Part shown: piece by piece, positions 1 through 15,000 of the stretch
How positions within the stretch are numbered: position 1 is the stretch's first letter
Layout of the letters: every line of letters starts with the position of its first letter
Origin: Balanoglossus misakiensis
Taxonomy: Eukaryota; Animalia; Hemichordata
NCBI GenBank assembly: GCA_040954595.2
Contig: CM082593.2
Coordinates: forward strand, 528,759-592,758
DNA: 64,000 bases
Reading direction: 5' to 3'
Notes under the pieces: model-generated
Database searches by the model: none
Told to the model about the DNA's origin: nothing
The model's input: only the letters and a program-made list of their open reading frames with translations
Program-made: the position numbers and the translations under genes

Positions 1-3000
1 CATGGGGTTATAGCTCATGAAAATCATCCAGAAATGTCAATTTTTCGACTTCCGCGAAATTTCAAAATTTTGGTGGTTTTTTCGACAAAAACCATGGGTT
101 ATAGCTCATGAAAATCATCAGAAATGTCAATTTTTCGACTTCGCGAAATTTCAAAATTTGGTGGTTTTTCGACAAAAACCATGGGTTATAGCTCATGAAA
201 ATCATCCAGAAATGTCAATTTTCGACTATTCGCGAAATTTCAAAATTTGGTGGTTTTTCGACAAAAACCATGGGTTATAGCTCATGAAAATCATCCAGAA
301 ATGTCAATTTTTCGACTTCGCGAAATTTCAAAATTTGGTGGTTTTTCGACAAAAACCATGGGTTATAGCTCATGAAATCATCCAGAAATGTCAATTTTTC
401 GACTTCGGAAATTCAAAAATTTGGTGGTTTTTCGACAAAAACCATGGGTTATAGCTCATGAAATCATCCAGAAATGTTCAATTTTTCGACTTCGCGAAAT
501 TTCAAATTTGGTGGTTTTTCGACAAAAACCATGGGTTATAGGCTCATGAAAATCATCCAGAAATGTCAATTTTCGACTTCGCGAAATTTCAAAATTTGGT
601 GGTTTTTCGACAAAACCATGGGTTATAGCTCATGAAATCATCCAGAAATGTCAATTTTTCGACCTTCGCGAAATTTCAAAATTTGGTGGTTTTTCGACAA
701 AAACCATGGGTTATAGCTCATGAAAATCATCCAGAAATGTCAATTTTTCGACTTCGCGAAATTTCAAAATTTGGTGGTTTTTCGACAAAAACCATGGGTT
801 ATAGCTCATGAAAATCATCCAGAAATGTCAATTTTTCGACTTCGCGAAATTTCAAAATTTGGTGGTTTTTCGACAAAAACCATGGGTTATAGCTCATGAA
901 AATCATCCAGAAATGTCAATTTTTCGACTTCGCGAAATTTCAAAATTTGGTGGTTTTTCGACAAAAACCATGGGTTATAGCTCATGAAAATCATCCAGAA
1001 ATGTCAATTTTTCGACTTCGCGAAATTTCAAAATTTGGTGGTTTTTCGACAAAAACCATGGGTTATAGCTCATGAAAATCATCCAGAAATGTCAATTTTT
1101 TCGACTTCGCGGAAATTTCAAAATTTGGTGGTTTTTCGACAAAAACCATGGGTTATAGCTCATGAAAATCATCCAGAAATGTCAATTTTTCGACTTCGCG
1201 AAATTTCAAAATTTGGTGGTTTTTCGACAAAAACCATGGGTTATAGCTCATGAAAATCATCCAGAAATGTCAATTTTTCGACTTCGCGAAATTTCAAAAT
1301 TTGGTGGTTTTTCGACAAAAACCATGGGTTATAGCTCATGAAAATCATCCAGAAATGTCAATTTTTCGACTTCGCGAAATTTCAAAATTTGGTGGTTTTT
1401 CGACAAAAACCATGGGTTATAGCTCATGAAAATCATCCAGAAATGTCAATTTTTCGACTTCGCGAAATTTCAAAATTTGGTGCTTTTTCGACAAAAACCA
1501 TGGGTTATAGCTCATGAAAATCATCCAGAAATGTCAATTTTTCGACTTCGCGAAATTTCAAAATTTGGTGGTTTTTCGACAAAAACCATGGGTTATAGCT
1601 CATGAAAATCATCCAGAAATGTCAATTTTTCGACTTCGCGAAATTTCAAAATTTGGTGGTTTTTCGACAAAAACCATGGGTTATAGCTCATGAAAATCAT
1701 CCAGAAATGTCAATTTTTCGACTTCGCGAAATTTCAAAATTTGGTGGTTTTCGACAAAAACCATGGGTTATAGCTCATGAAAATCATCCAGAAATGTCAA
1801 TTTTTCGACTTCGCGAAATTTCAAAATTTGGTGGTTTTTCGACAAAAACCATGGGTTATAGCTCATGAAAATCATCCAGAAATGTCAATTTTTCGACTTC
1901 GCGAAATTTCAAAATTGGTGCTTTTTCGACAAAAACCATGGGTTATAGCTCATGAAAATCATCCAGAAATGTCAATTTTTCGACTTCGCGAAATTTCAAA
2001 ATTTGGTGGTTTTGACAAAAACCATGGGTTATAGCTCATGAAAATCATCCAGAAATGTCAATTTTTCGACTTCGCGAAATTTCAAAATTTGGTGGTTTTT
2101 TGACAAAAACCATGGGTTATAGCTCATGAAAATCATCCAGAAATGTCAATTTTTCGACTTCGCGAAATTTCAAATTTGGTGGTTTTTCGACAAAAACCAT
2201 GGGTTATAGCTCATGAAAATCATCCAGAAATGTCAATTTTTCGACTTCGCGAAATTTCAAAATTTGGTGGTTTTTCGACAAAAACCATGGGTTATAGCTC
2301 ATGAAAATCATCCAGAAATGTCAATTTTTCGACTTCGCGAAATTTCAAAATTTGGTGCTTTTTCGACAAAACCATGGGTTATAGCTCATGAAAATCATCC
2401 AGAAATGTCAATTTTTCGACTTCGCGAAATTTCAAAATTTGGTGCTTTTTCGACAAAAACCATGGGTTATAGCTCATGAAAATCATCCAGAAATGTCAAT
2501 TTTTCGACTTCGCGAAATTTCAAAATTTGGTGGTTTTTCGACAAAAACCATGGGTTATAGCTCATGAAAATCATCCAGAAATGTCAATTTTTCGACTTCG
2601 CGAAATTTCAAAATTTGGTGGTTTTTCGACAAAAACCATGGGTTATAGCTCATGAAAATCATCCAGAAATGTCAATTTTTCGACTTCGCGAAATTTCAAA
2701 ATTTGGTGGTTTTTCGACAAAAACCATGGGTTATAGCTCATGAAAATCATCCAGAAATGTCAATTTTTCGACTTCGCGAAATTTCAAAATTTGGTGGTTT
2801 TTCGACAAAAACCATGGGTTATAGCTCATGAAAATCATCCAGAAATGTCAATTTTTCGACTTCGCGAAATTTCAAAATTTGGTGGTTTTTCGACAAAAAC
2901 CATGGGTTATAGCTCATGAAAATCATCCAGAAATGTCAATTTTTCGACTTCGCGAAATTTCAAAATTTGGTGGTTTTTCGACAAAACCATGGGTTATAGC

Positions 3001-6000
3001 TCATGAAAATCATCCAGAAATGTCAATTTTTCGACTTCGCGAAATTTCAAAATTTGGTGGTTTTTCGACAAAAACCATGGGTTATAGCTCATGAAAATCA
3101 TCCAGAAATGTCAATTTTTCGACTTCGCGAAATTTGAAAATTTGGTGATTTTTCGTCAAAACCATGGGTTATAGCTCATGAAAATCATCCAGAAATGTCA
3201 ATTTTTCGACTTCGCGAAATTTGAAAATTTGGTGATTTTTCGACAAAAACCATGGGTTATAGCTCATGAAAATCATCCAGAAATGTCAATTTTTCGACTT
3301 CGCGAAATTTCAAAATTTGGTGGTTTTTCGACAAAAACCATGGGTTATAGCTCATGAAAATCATCCAGAAATGTCAATTTTTCGACTTCGCGAAATTTCA
3401 AAATTTGGTGGTTTTTCGACAAAAACCATGGGTTATAGCTCATGAAAATCATCCAGAAATGTCAATTTTTCGACTTCGCGAAATTTCAAAATTTGGTGGT
3501 TTTTCGACAAAAACCATGGGTTATAGCTCATGAAAATCATCCAGAAATGTCAATTTTTTCGACTTCGCGAAATTTCCAAAATTTGGTGGTTTTTCGACAA
3601 AAACCATGGGTTATAGCTCATGAAAATCATCCAGAAATGTCAATTTTTCGACTTCGCGAAATTTCAAAATTTGGTGGTTTTTCGACAAAAACCATGGGTT
3701 ATAGCTCATGAAAATCATCCAGAAATGTCAATTTTTCGACTTCGCGAAATTTCAAAATTTGGTGGTTTTCGACAAAAACCATGGGTTATAGCTCATGAAA
3801 ATCATCCAGAAATGTCAATTTTTCGACTTCGCGAAATTTCAAAATTTGGTGGTTTTTCGACAAAAACCATGGGTTATAGCTCATGAAAATCATCCAGAAA
3901 TGTCAATTTTTCGACTTCGCGGAAATTTCAAAATTTGGTGATTTTTCGATAAAAACCATGGGTTATAGCTCATGAAAATCATCCAGAAATGTCAATTTTT
4001 CGACTTCGCGAAATTTCAAATTTGGTGATTTTTCGATAAAAACCATGGGTTATAGCTCATGAAATCATCCAGAAATGTCAATTTTTCGACTTCGCGAAAT
4101 TTCAAAATTTGGTGGTTTTTCGACAAAAACCATGGGTTATAGCTCATGAAATCATCCAGAAATGTCAATTTTTCGACTTCGCGAAATTTCAAAATTTGGC
4201 GGTTTTTCGACAAAAACCATGGGTTATAGCTCATGAAAATCATCCAGAAATGTCAATTTTTCGACTTCGCGAAATTTCAAAATTTGGCGGTTTTTCGACA
4301 AAAACCATGGGTTATAGCTCATGAAAATCATCCAGAAATGTCAATTTTTCGACTTCGCGAAATTTTAAATTTTGGTGGTTTTTCGATAAAAATCATGGGT
4401 TATAGCTCATGAAAATCATCCAGAAATGTCAATTTTTCGACTTTGCGGAATTTTCAAATTTGGTGGTTTTTCGACAAAACCATGGGTTAAAGCTCATGAA
4501 AATCATCCAGAAATGTCAATTTTTCGACTTCGCGAAATTTTAAATTTTGGTGATTTTTCGATAAAAATCATGGGTTATAGCTCATGAAAATCATCCAGAA
4601 ATGTCAATTTTTCGACTTCGCGAAATTTTAAATTTTGGTGATTTTTCGATAAAAATCATGGGTTATAGCTCATGAAAATCATCCAGAAATGTCAATTTTT
4701 CGACTTCGCGAAATTTTAAATTTGGTGATTTTTCGATAAAAATCATAGGTTAAAGCTCATGAAAATCATCCAGAAATGTCAATTTTCGACTTCGCGAAAT
4801 TTTAAATTTTGGTGATTTTTCGATAAAAATCATGGGTTAAAGCTCATGAAAATCATCCAGAAATGTCAATTTTTCGACTTCGCGAATTTTAAATTTGGTG
4901 ATTTTTCGATAAAAATCATGGGTTATAGCTCATGAAAATCATCCAGAAATGTCAATTTTTCGACTTCGCGAAATTTTAAATTTTGGTGATTTTTCGATAA
5001 AAATCATGGGTTATAGCTCATGAAAATCATCCAGAAATGTCAATTTTTCGACTTCGCGAAATTTTAAATTTTGGTGATTTTTTCGATAAAAATCATGGGT
5101 TAAAGCTCATGAAAATCATCCAGAAATGTCAATTTTTCGACTTCGCGAAATTATAAATTTGGTGATTTTTCGATAAAAATCATGGGTTATAGCTCATGAA
5201 AATCATCCAGAAATGTCAATTTTTCGACTTCGCGAAATTTCAAAATTTGGTGGTTTTTCGACAAAAACCATGGGTTAAAGCTCATGAAATCATCCAGAAA
5301 TGTCAATTTTTCGACTTCGCGAAATTTTAAATTTGGTGATTTTTCGATAAAAATCATGGGTTATAGCTCATGAAAATCATCCAGAAATGTCAATTTTTCG
5401 ACTTTGCGGAATTTCAAAATTTGGCCGATTTTGAAAAAACCATGGGTTATAGCTCATGAAAATCATCAAAAAATGAGAATTTTTCGACTTTGCGGAATTT
5501 CAAAATTTGGCCGATTTTTGAAAAAAAAAAACATGGGTTATAGCTCATGAAAATCATCATAAAATGTGAATTTTTCGACTTTGCGGAATTTCAAAATTTG
5601 GTGGTTTTTTGACAAAAACCATGGGTTATAGCTCATGAAAATCATCCAGAAATGTCAATTTTTCGACTTCGCGAAATTTCTAAATTTGGTGGTTTTTAGA
5701 CAAAAACTATGGGTTATAGCTCATGAAAATCATCCAGAAATGTCAATTTTTCGACTTCGCGAAATTTCAAAATTTGGTGGTTTTTTGACAAAAACCATGG
5801 GTTATAGCTCATGAAAATCATCCAGAAATGTCAATTTTTCGACTTCGCGAAATTTCAAAATTTGGTGGTTTTTTGATAGAAACCATGGGTTATAGCTCAT
5901 GAAAATCATCCAGAAATGTCAATTTTTCGACTTCGCGAAATTTCAAAATTTGGTGGTTTTTCGACAAAAACCATGGGTTATAGCTCATGAAAATCATCCA

Positions 6001-9000
6001 GAAATGTCAATTTTTCGACTTCGCGAAATTTCAAAATTTGGTGGTTTTTCGACAAAAACCATGGGTTATAGCTCATGAAAATCATCCAGAAATGTCAATT
6101 TTTCGACTTCGCGAAATTTCAAAATTTGGTGATTTTTCGACAAAAACCATGGGTTATAGCTCATGAAAATCATCCAGAAATGTCAATTTTTCGACTTCGC
6201 GAAATTTCAAAATTTGGTGGTTTTTCGACAAAAACCATGGGTTATAGCTCATGAAAATCATCCAGAAATGTCAATTTTTCGACTTCGCGAAATTTCAAAA
6301 TTTGGTGGTTTTTCGACAAAAACCATGGGTTATAGCTCATGAAAATCATCCAGAAATGTCAATTTTTCGACTTCGCGAATTTCAAAATTTGGTGGTTTTT
6401 CGACAAAAACCATGGGTTATAGCTCATGAAAATCATCCAGAAATGTCAATTTTTCGACTTCGCGAAATTTCAAAATTTGGTGGTTTTTCGACAAAAACCA
6501 TGGGTTAAAGCTCATGAAAATCATCCAGAAATGTCAATTTTTCGACTTCGCGAAATTTTAAATTTTGGTGATTTTTCGATAAAAATCATGGGTTATAGCT
6601 CATGAAAATCATCCAGAAATGTCAATTTTTCGACTTTGCGGAATTTCAAAATTTGGCCGATTTTTGAAAAAACCATGGGTTATAGCTCATGAAAATCATC
6701 AAAAAATGAGAATTTTTCGACTTTGCGGAATTTCAAAATTTGGCCGATTTTTGAAAAAAAAAACATGGGTTATAGCTCATGAAAATCATCATAAAATGTG
6801 AATTTTTCGACTTTGCGGAATTTCAAAATTTGGTGGTTTTTTGACAAAAACCATGGGTTATAGCTCATGAAAATCATCCAGAAATGTCAATTTTTCGACT
6901 TCGCGAAATTTCTAAATTTGGTGGTTTTTAGACAAAAACTATGGGTTATAGCTCATGAAAATCATCCAGAAATGTCAATTTTTCGACTTCGCGAAATTTC
7001 AAAATTTGGTGGTTTTTTGACAAAAACCATGGGTTATAGCTCATGAAAATCATCCAGAAATGTCAATTTTTCGACTTCGCGAAATTTCAAAATTTGGTGG
7101 TTTTTGATAAAAACCATGGGTTATAGCTCATGAAAATCATCCAGAAATGTCAATTTTTCGACTTCGCGAAATTTCAAAATTTGGTGGTTTTCGACAAAAC
7201 CATGGGTTATAGCTCATGAAAATCATCCAGAAATGTCAATTTTTCGACTTCGCGAAATTTCAAAATTTGGTGGTTTTTCGACAAAAACCATGGGTTATAG
7301 CTCATGAAAATCATCCAGAAATGTCAATTTTTCGACTTCGCGAAAATTTCAAAATTTGGTGATTTTTCGACAAAAACCATGGTTATAGCTCATGAAAATC
7401 ATCCAGAAATGTCAATTTTTCGACTTCGCGAAATTTCAAAATTTGGTGGTTTTTCGACAAAAACCATGGTTATAGCTCATGAAAATCATCCAGAAATGTC
7501 AATTTTTCGACTTCGCGAAATTTCAAAATTTGGTGGTTTTTCGACAAAAACCATGGGTTATAGCTCATGAAAATCATCCAGAAATGTCAATTTTTCGACT
7601 TCGCGAAATTTCAAAATTTGGTGGTTTTTCGACAAAAACCATGGGTTATAGCTCATGAAAATCATCCAGAAATGTCAATTTTTCGACTTCGCGAAATTTC
7701 AAAATTTGGTGGTTTTTCGACAAAAACCATGGGTTATAGCTCATGAAAATCATCCAGAAATGTCAATTTTTCGACTTCGCGAAATTTCAAAATTTGGTGG
7801 TTTTTCGACAAAAACCATGGGTTATAGCTCATGAAAATCATCCAGAAATGTCAATTTTTCGACTTCGCGAAATTTCAAAATTTGGTGGTTTTTCGACAAA
7901 AACCATGGGTTATAGCTCATGAAAATCATCCAGAAATGTCAATTTTTCGACTTCGCGAAATTTCAAAATTTGGTGGTTTTTCGACAAAAACCATGGGTTA
8001 TAGCTCATGAAAATCATCCAGAAATGTCAATTTTTCGACTTCGCGAAATTTCAAAATTTGGTGGTTTTTCGACAAAAACGATGGGTTATAGCTCATGAAA
8101 ATCATCCAGAAATGTCAATTTTTCGACTTCGCGAAATTTCAAAATTTGGTGGTTTTTCCGACAAAAACCATGGGTTATAGCTCATGAAAATCATCCAGAA
8201 ATGTCAATTTTTCGACTTCGCGAAATTTCAAAATTTGGTGGTTTTTCGACAAAAACCATGGGTTATAGCTCATGAAAATCATCCAGAAATGTCAATTTTT
8301 CGACTTCGCGAAATTTCAAAATTTGGTGGTTTTTCGACAAAACCATGGGTTATAGCTCATGAAAATCATCCAGAAATGTCAATTTTTCGACTTCGCGAAA
8401 TTTCAAAATTTGGTGGTTTTTCGACAAAACCATGGGTTATAGCTCATGAAAATCATCCAGAAATGTCAATTTTTCGACTTCGCGAAATTTCAAAATTTGG
8501 TGGTTTTTCGACAAAAACCATGGGTTATAGCTCATGAAAATCATCCAGAAATGTCAATTTTTCGACTTCGCGAAATTTCAAAATTTGGTGGTGTTTTCGA
8601 CAAAAACCATGGGTTATAGCTCATGAAAATCATCCAGAAATGTCAATTTTTCGACTTCGCGAAATTTCAAAATTTGGTGGTTTTTCGACAAAAACCATGG
8701 GTTATAGCTCATGAAAATCATCCAGAAATGTCAATTTTTCGACTTCGCGAAATTTCAAAATTTGGTGGTTTTTCGACAAAAACCATGGGTTATAGCTCAT
8801 GAAAATCATCCAGAAATGTCAATTTTTTCGACTTCGCGAAATTTCAAAATTTGGTGGTTTTTCGACAAAAACCATGGTTATAGCTCATGAAAATCATCCA
8901 GAAATGTCAATTTTTCGACTTCGCGAAATTTCAAAATTTGGTGGTTTTTCGACAAAAACCATGGGTTATAGCTCATGAAAATCATCCAGAAATGTCAATT

Positions 9001-12000
9001 TTTCGACTTCGCGAAATTTCAAAATTTGGTGGTTTTTCGACAAAAACCATGGGTTATAGCTCATGAAAATCATCCAGAAATGTCAATTTTTCGACTTCGC
9101 GAATTTCAAAATTTGGTGGTTTTTCGACAAAAACCATGGGTTATAGCTCATGAAAATCATCCAGAAATGTCAATTTTTCGACTTCGCGAAATTTCAAAAT
9201 TTGGTGCTTTTTCGACAAAAACCATGGGTTATAGCTCATGAAAATCATCCAGAAATGTCAATTTTTCGACTTCGCGAAATTTCAAAATTTGGTGCTTTTT
9301 CGACAAAAACCATTGGTTATAGCTCATGAAAATCATCCAGAAATGTCAATTTTTCGACTTCGCGAAATTTCAAAATTTGGTGGTTTTTCGACAAAAACCA
9401 TGGGTTATAGCTCATGAAAATCATCCAGAAATGTCAATTTTTCGACTTCGCGAAATTTCAAAATTTGGTGGTTTTTCGACAAAAACCATGGGTTATAGAA
9501 CATGAAAATCATCCAGAAATGTCAATTTTTCGACTTCGCGAAATTTCAAAATTTGGTGGTTTTTCGACAAAAACCATGGGTTATAGCTCATGAAAATCAT
9601 CCAGAAATGTCAATTTTTCGACTTCGCGAAATTTCAAAATTTGGTGGTTTTTCGACAAAAACCATGGGTTATAGCTCATGAAAATCATCCAGAAATGTCA
9701 ATTTTTCGACTTCGCGAAATTTCAAAATTTGGTGGTTTTTCGACAAAAACCATGGGTTATAGCTCATGAAAATCATCCAGAAATGTCAATTTTTCGACTT
9801 CGCGAAATTTCAAAATTTGGTGGTTTTCGACAAAAACCATGGGTTATAGCTCATGAAAATCATCCAGAAATGTCAATTTTTCGACTTCGCGAAATTTCAA
9901 AATTTGGTGGTTTTTCGACAAAACCATGGGTTATAGCTCATGAAAATCATCCAGAAATGTCAATTTTTCGACTTCGCGAAATTTCAAAATTTGGTGGTTT
10001 TTCGACAAAAACCATGGGTTATAGCTCATGAAAATCATCCAGAAATGTCAATTTTTCGACTTCGCGAAATTTGAAAATTTGGTGATTTTTCGACAAAAAC
10101 CATGGGTTATAGCTCATGAAAATCATCCAGAAATGTCAATTTTTCGACTTCGCGAAATTTGAAAATTTGGTGATTTTTCGACAAAAACCATGGGTTATAG
10201 CTCATGAAAATCATCCAGAAATGTCAATTTTTCGACTTCGCGAAATTTCAAAATTTGGTGGTTTTTCGACAAAACCATGGGTTATAGCTCATGAAAATCA
10301 TCCAGAAATGTCAATTTTTCGACTTCGCGAAATTTCAAAATTTGGTGGTTTTTCGACAAAAACCATGGGTTATAGCTCATGAAAATCATCCAGAAATGTC
10401 AATTTTTCGACTTCGCGAAATTTCAAAATTTGGTGGTTTTTCGACAAAAACCATGGGTTATAGCTCATGAAAATCATCCAGAAATGTCAATTTTTCGACT
10501 TCGCGAAATTTCAAAATTTGGTGGTTTTTCGACAAAAACCATGGGTTATAGCTCATGAAAATCATCCAGAAATGTCAATTTTTCGACTTCGCGAAATTTC
10601 AAAATTTGGTGCTTTTTCGACAAAAACCATGGGTTATAGCTCATGAAAATCATCCAGAAATGTCAATTTTTCGACTTCGCGAAATTTCAAAATTTGGTGA
10701 TTTTTTGACAAAAACCATGGGTTATAGCTCATGAAAATCATCCAGAAATGTCAATTTTTCGACTTCGCGAAATTTCAAAATTTGGTGGTTTTTCGACAAA
10801 AACCATGGGTTATAGCTCATGAAAATCATCCAGAAATGTCAATTTTTCGACTTCGCGAAAATTTCAAAATTTGGTGGTTTTTCGACAAAAACCATGGGTT
10901 ATAGCTCATGAAAATCATCCAGAAATGTCAATTTTTCGACTTCGCGAAATTTCAACATTTGGTGGTTTTTCGACAAAAACCATGGGTTATAGCTCATGAA
11001 AATCATCCAGAAATGTCAATTTTTCGACTTCGCGAAATTTCAAAATTTGGTGGTTTTTCGACAAAAACCATGGGTTATAGCTCATGAAAATCATCCAGAA
11101 ATGTCAATTTTTCGACTTCGCGAAATTCAAAATTTGGTGGTTTTTTCGACAAAAACCATGGGTTATAGCTCATGAAAATCATCCAGAAATGTCAATTTTT
11201 CGACTTCGCGAAATTTCAAAAATTTGGTGGTTTTTCGACAAAAACCATGGGTTATAGCTCATGAAAATCATCCAGAAATGTCAATTTTTCGACTTCGCGA
11301 AATTTCAAAATTTGGTGGTTTTTCGACAAAAACCATGGGTTATAGCTCATGAAAATCATCCAGAAATGTCAATTTTTCGACTTCGCGAAATTTCAAAATT
11401 TGGTGGTTTTTCGACAAAAACCATGGGTTATAGCTCATGAAAATCATCCAGAAATGTCAATTTTTCGACTTCGCGAATTTCAAAATTTGGTGGTTTTTCG
11501 ACAAAAACCATGGGTTATAGCTCATGAAAATCATCCAGAAATGTCAATTTTTCGACTTCGCGAAATTTCAAAATTTGGTGGTTTTCGACAAAAACCATGG
11601 GTTATAGCTCATGAAAATCATCCAGAAATGTCAATTTTTCGACTTCGCGAAATTTCAAAATTTGGTGGTTTTTCGACAAAAACCATGGGTTATAGCTCAT
11701 GAAAATCATCCAGAAATGTCAATTTTCGACTTCGCGAAATTTCAAAATTTGGTGGTTTTTCGACAAAAACCATGGGTTATAGCTCATGAAAATCATCCAG
11801 AAATGTCAATTTTTCGACTTCGCGAAATTTCAAAATTTGGTGGTTTTTCGACAAAAACCATGGGTTATAGCTCATGAAAATCATCCAGAAATGTCAATTT
11901 TTCGACTTCGCGAAATTTCAAAATTTGGTGGTTTTTCGACAAAAACCATGGGTTATAGCTCATGAAAATCATCCAGAAATGTCAATTTTTCGACTTCGCG

Positions 12001-15000
12001 AATTTCAAAATTTGGTGGTTTTTCGACAAAAACCATGGGTTATAGCTCATGAAAATCATCCAGAAATGTCAATTTTTCGACTTCGCGAAATTTCAAAATT
12101 TGGTGGTTTTTCGACAAAAACCATGGGTTATAGCTCATGAAAATCATCCAGAAATGTCAATTTTTCGACTTCGCGAAATTTCAAAATTTGGTGGTTTTTC
12201 GACAAAAACCATGGGTTATAGCTCATGAAAATCATCCAGAAATGTCAATTTTTCGACTTCGCGAAATTTCAAAATTTGGTGGTTTTTCGACAAAAACCAT
12301 GGGTTATAGCTCATGAAAAATCATCCAGAAATGTCAATTTTTCGACTTCGCGAAATTTCAAAATTTGGTGGTTTTTCGACAAAAACCATGGGTTATAGCT
12401 CATGAAAATCATCCAGAAATGTCAATTTTTCGACTTCGCGAATTTCAAAATTTTGGTGGTTTTTCGACAAAAACCATGGGTTATAGCTCATGAAAATCAT
12501 CCAGAAATGTCAATTTTTCGACTTCGCGAAATTTCAAAATTTGGTGGTTTTTCGACAAAAACCATGGGTTATAGCTCATGAAAATCATCCAGAAATGTCA
12601 ATTTTTCGACTTCGCGAAATTTCAAAATTTGGTGGTTTTTCGACAAAAACCATGGGTTATAGCTCATGAAAATCATCCAGAAATGTCAATTTTTCGACTT
12701 CGCGAAATTTCAAAATTTGGTGGTTTTTCGACAAAAACCATGGGTTATAGCTCATGAAAATCATCCAGAAATGTCAATTTTCGACTTCGCGAAATTTCAA
12801 AATTTGGTGGTTTTTCGACAAAAACCATGGGTTATAGCTCATGAAAATCATCCAGAAATGTCAATTTTTCGACTTCGCGAAATTTCAAAATTTGGTGGTT
12901 TTTCGACAAAAACCATGGGTTATAGCTCATGAAAATCATCCAGAAATGTCAATTTTTCGACTTCGCGAAATTTCAAAATTTGGTGGTTTTTCGACAAAAA
13001 CCATGGGTTATAGCTCATGAAAATCATCCAGAAATGTCAATTTTTCGACTTCGCGAAATTTCAAAATTTGGTGGTTTTTCGACAAAAACCATGGGTTATA
13101 GCTCATGAAAATCATCCAGAAATGTCAATTTTTCGACTTCGCGAAATTTCAAAATTTGGTGTTTTTCGACAAAACCATGGGTTATAGCTCATGAAAATCA
13201 TCCAGAAATGTCAATTTTTCGACTTCGCGAAATTTCAAAATTTGGTGGTTTTTTGACAAAAACCATGGGTTATAGCTCATGAAAATCATCCAGAAATGTC
13301 AATTTTTCGACTTCGCGAAATTTCAAAATTTGGTGGTGTTTTGACAAAAACCATGGGTTATAGCTCATGAAAATCATCCAGAAATGTCAATTTTTCGACT
13401 TCGCGAAATTTCAAAATTTGGTGGTGTTTTGACAAAAACCATGGGTTATAGCTCATGAAAATCATCCAGAAATGTCAATTTTTCGACTTCGCGAAATTTC
13501 AAAATTTGGTGGTTTTTTGACAAAAACCATGGGTTATAGCTCATGAAAATCATCCAGAAATGTCAATTTTTCGACTTCGCGAAATTTCAAAATTTGGTGG
13601 TGTTTTGACAAAAACCATGGGTTATAGCTCATGAAAATCATCCAGAAATGTCAATTTTTCGACTTCGCGAAATTTCAAAATTTGGTGGTTTTTCGATAAA
13701 AACCATGGGTTATAGTTCATGAAAATCATCCAGAAATGGCAATTTTTCGACTTTGCGAAATTTCAAAATTTGGTGGTTTTTCGACAAAAACCATGGGTTA
13801 TAGCTCATGAAAATCATCCAGAAATGTCAATTTTTCGACTTCGCGAAATTTCAAAATTTGGTGGTGTTTTGACAAAAACCATGGGTTATAGCTCATGAAA
13901 ATCATCCAGAAATGTCAATTTTTCGACTTCGCGAAATTTCAAAATTTGGTGGTGTTTTGACAAAAACCATGGGTTATAGCTCATGAAAATCATCCAGAAA
14001 TGTCAATTTTTCGACTTCGCGAAATTTCAAAATTTGGTGGTGTTTCGACAAAAACCATGGGTTATAGCTCATGAAAATCATCCAGAAATGTAAATTTTTC
14101 GACTTCGCGAAATTTCAAAATTTGGTGGTTTTTTGACAAAAACCATGGGTTATAGCTCATGAAAATCATCCAGAAATGTCAATTTTTCGACTTCGCGAAA
14201 TTTCAAAATTTGGTGGTTTTTGACAAAAACCATGGGTTATAGCTCATGAAAATCATCCAGAAATGTCAATTTTTCGACTTCGCGAAATTTCAAAATTTGG
14301 TGGTTTTTCGACAAAAACCATGGGTTATAGCTCATGAAAATCATCCAGAAATGTCAATTTTTCGACTTCGCGAAATTTCAAAATTTGGTGGTGTTTTGAC
14401 AAAAACCATGGGTTATAGCTCATGAAAATCATCCAGAAATGTCAATTTTTCGACTTCGCGAAATTTCAAAATTTGGTGGTGTTTTGACAAAAACCATGGG
14501 TTATAGCTCATGAAAATCATCCAGAAATGTCAATTTTTCGACTTCGCGAAATTTCAAAATTTGGTGGTTTTTTGACAAAAACCATGGGTTATAGCTCATG
14601 AAAATCATCCAGAAATGTCAATTTTTCGACTTCGCGAAATTTCAAAATTTGGTGGTGTTTTGACAAAAACCATGGGTTATAGCTCATGAAAATCATCCAG
14701 AAATGTCAATTTTTCGACTTCGCGAAATTTCAAAATTTGGTGGTGTTTTGACAAAAACCATGGGTTATAGCTCATGAAAATCATCCAGAAATGTCAATTT
14801 TTCGACTTCGCGAAATTTCAAAATTTGGTGGTTTTTGGACAAAAAGCATGGGTTATAGCTCATGAAAATCATCCAGAAATGTCAATTTTTCGTCTTCGCG
14901 AAATTTCAAAATTTGGTGGTTTTTGGACAAAAACCATGGGTTATAGCTCATGAAAATCATCCAGAAATGTCAATTTTTCGACTTCGCGAAATTTCAAAAT

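Noticed and set aside
17-12932. Many 60-117 aa ORFs (MKIIQKCQFFDFAKFQNLVVFRQKPWVIAHENHPEMSIF...) in the satellite
   Set aside because: Artefacts of an 88-bp unit cycling through three frames, extended only where homopolymer indels skip the stops; no coding signature.
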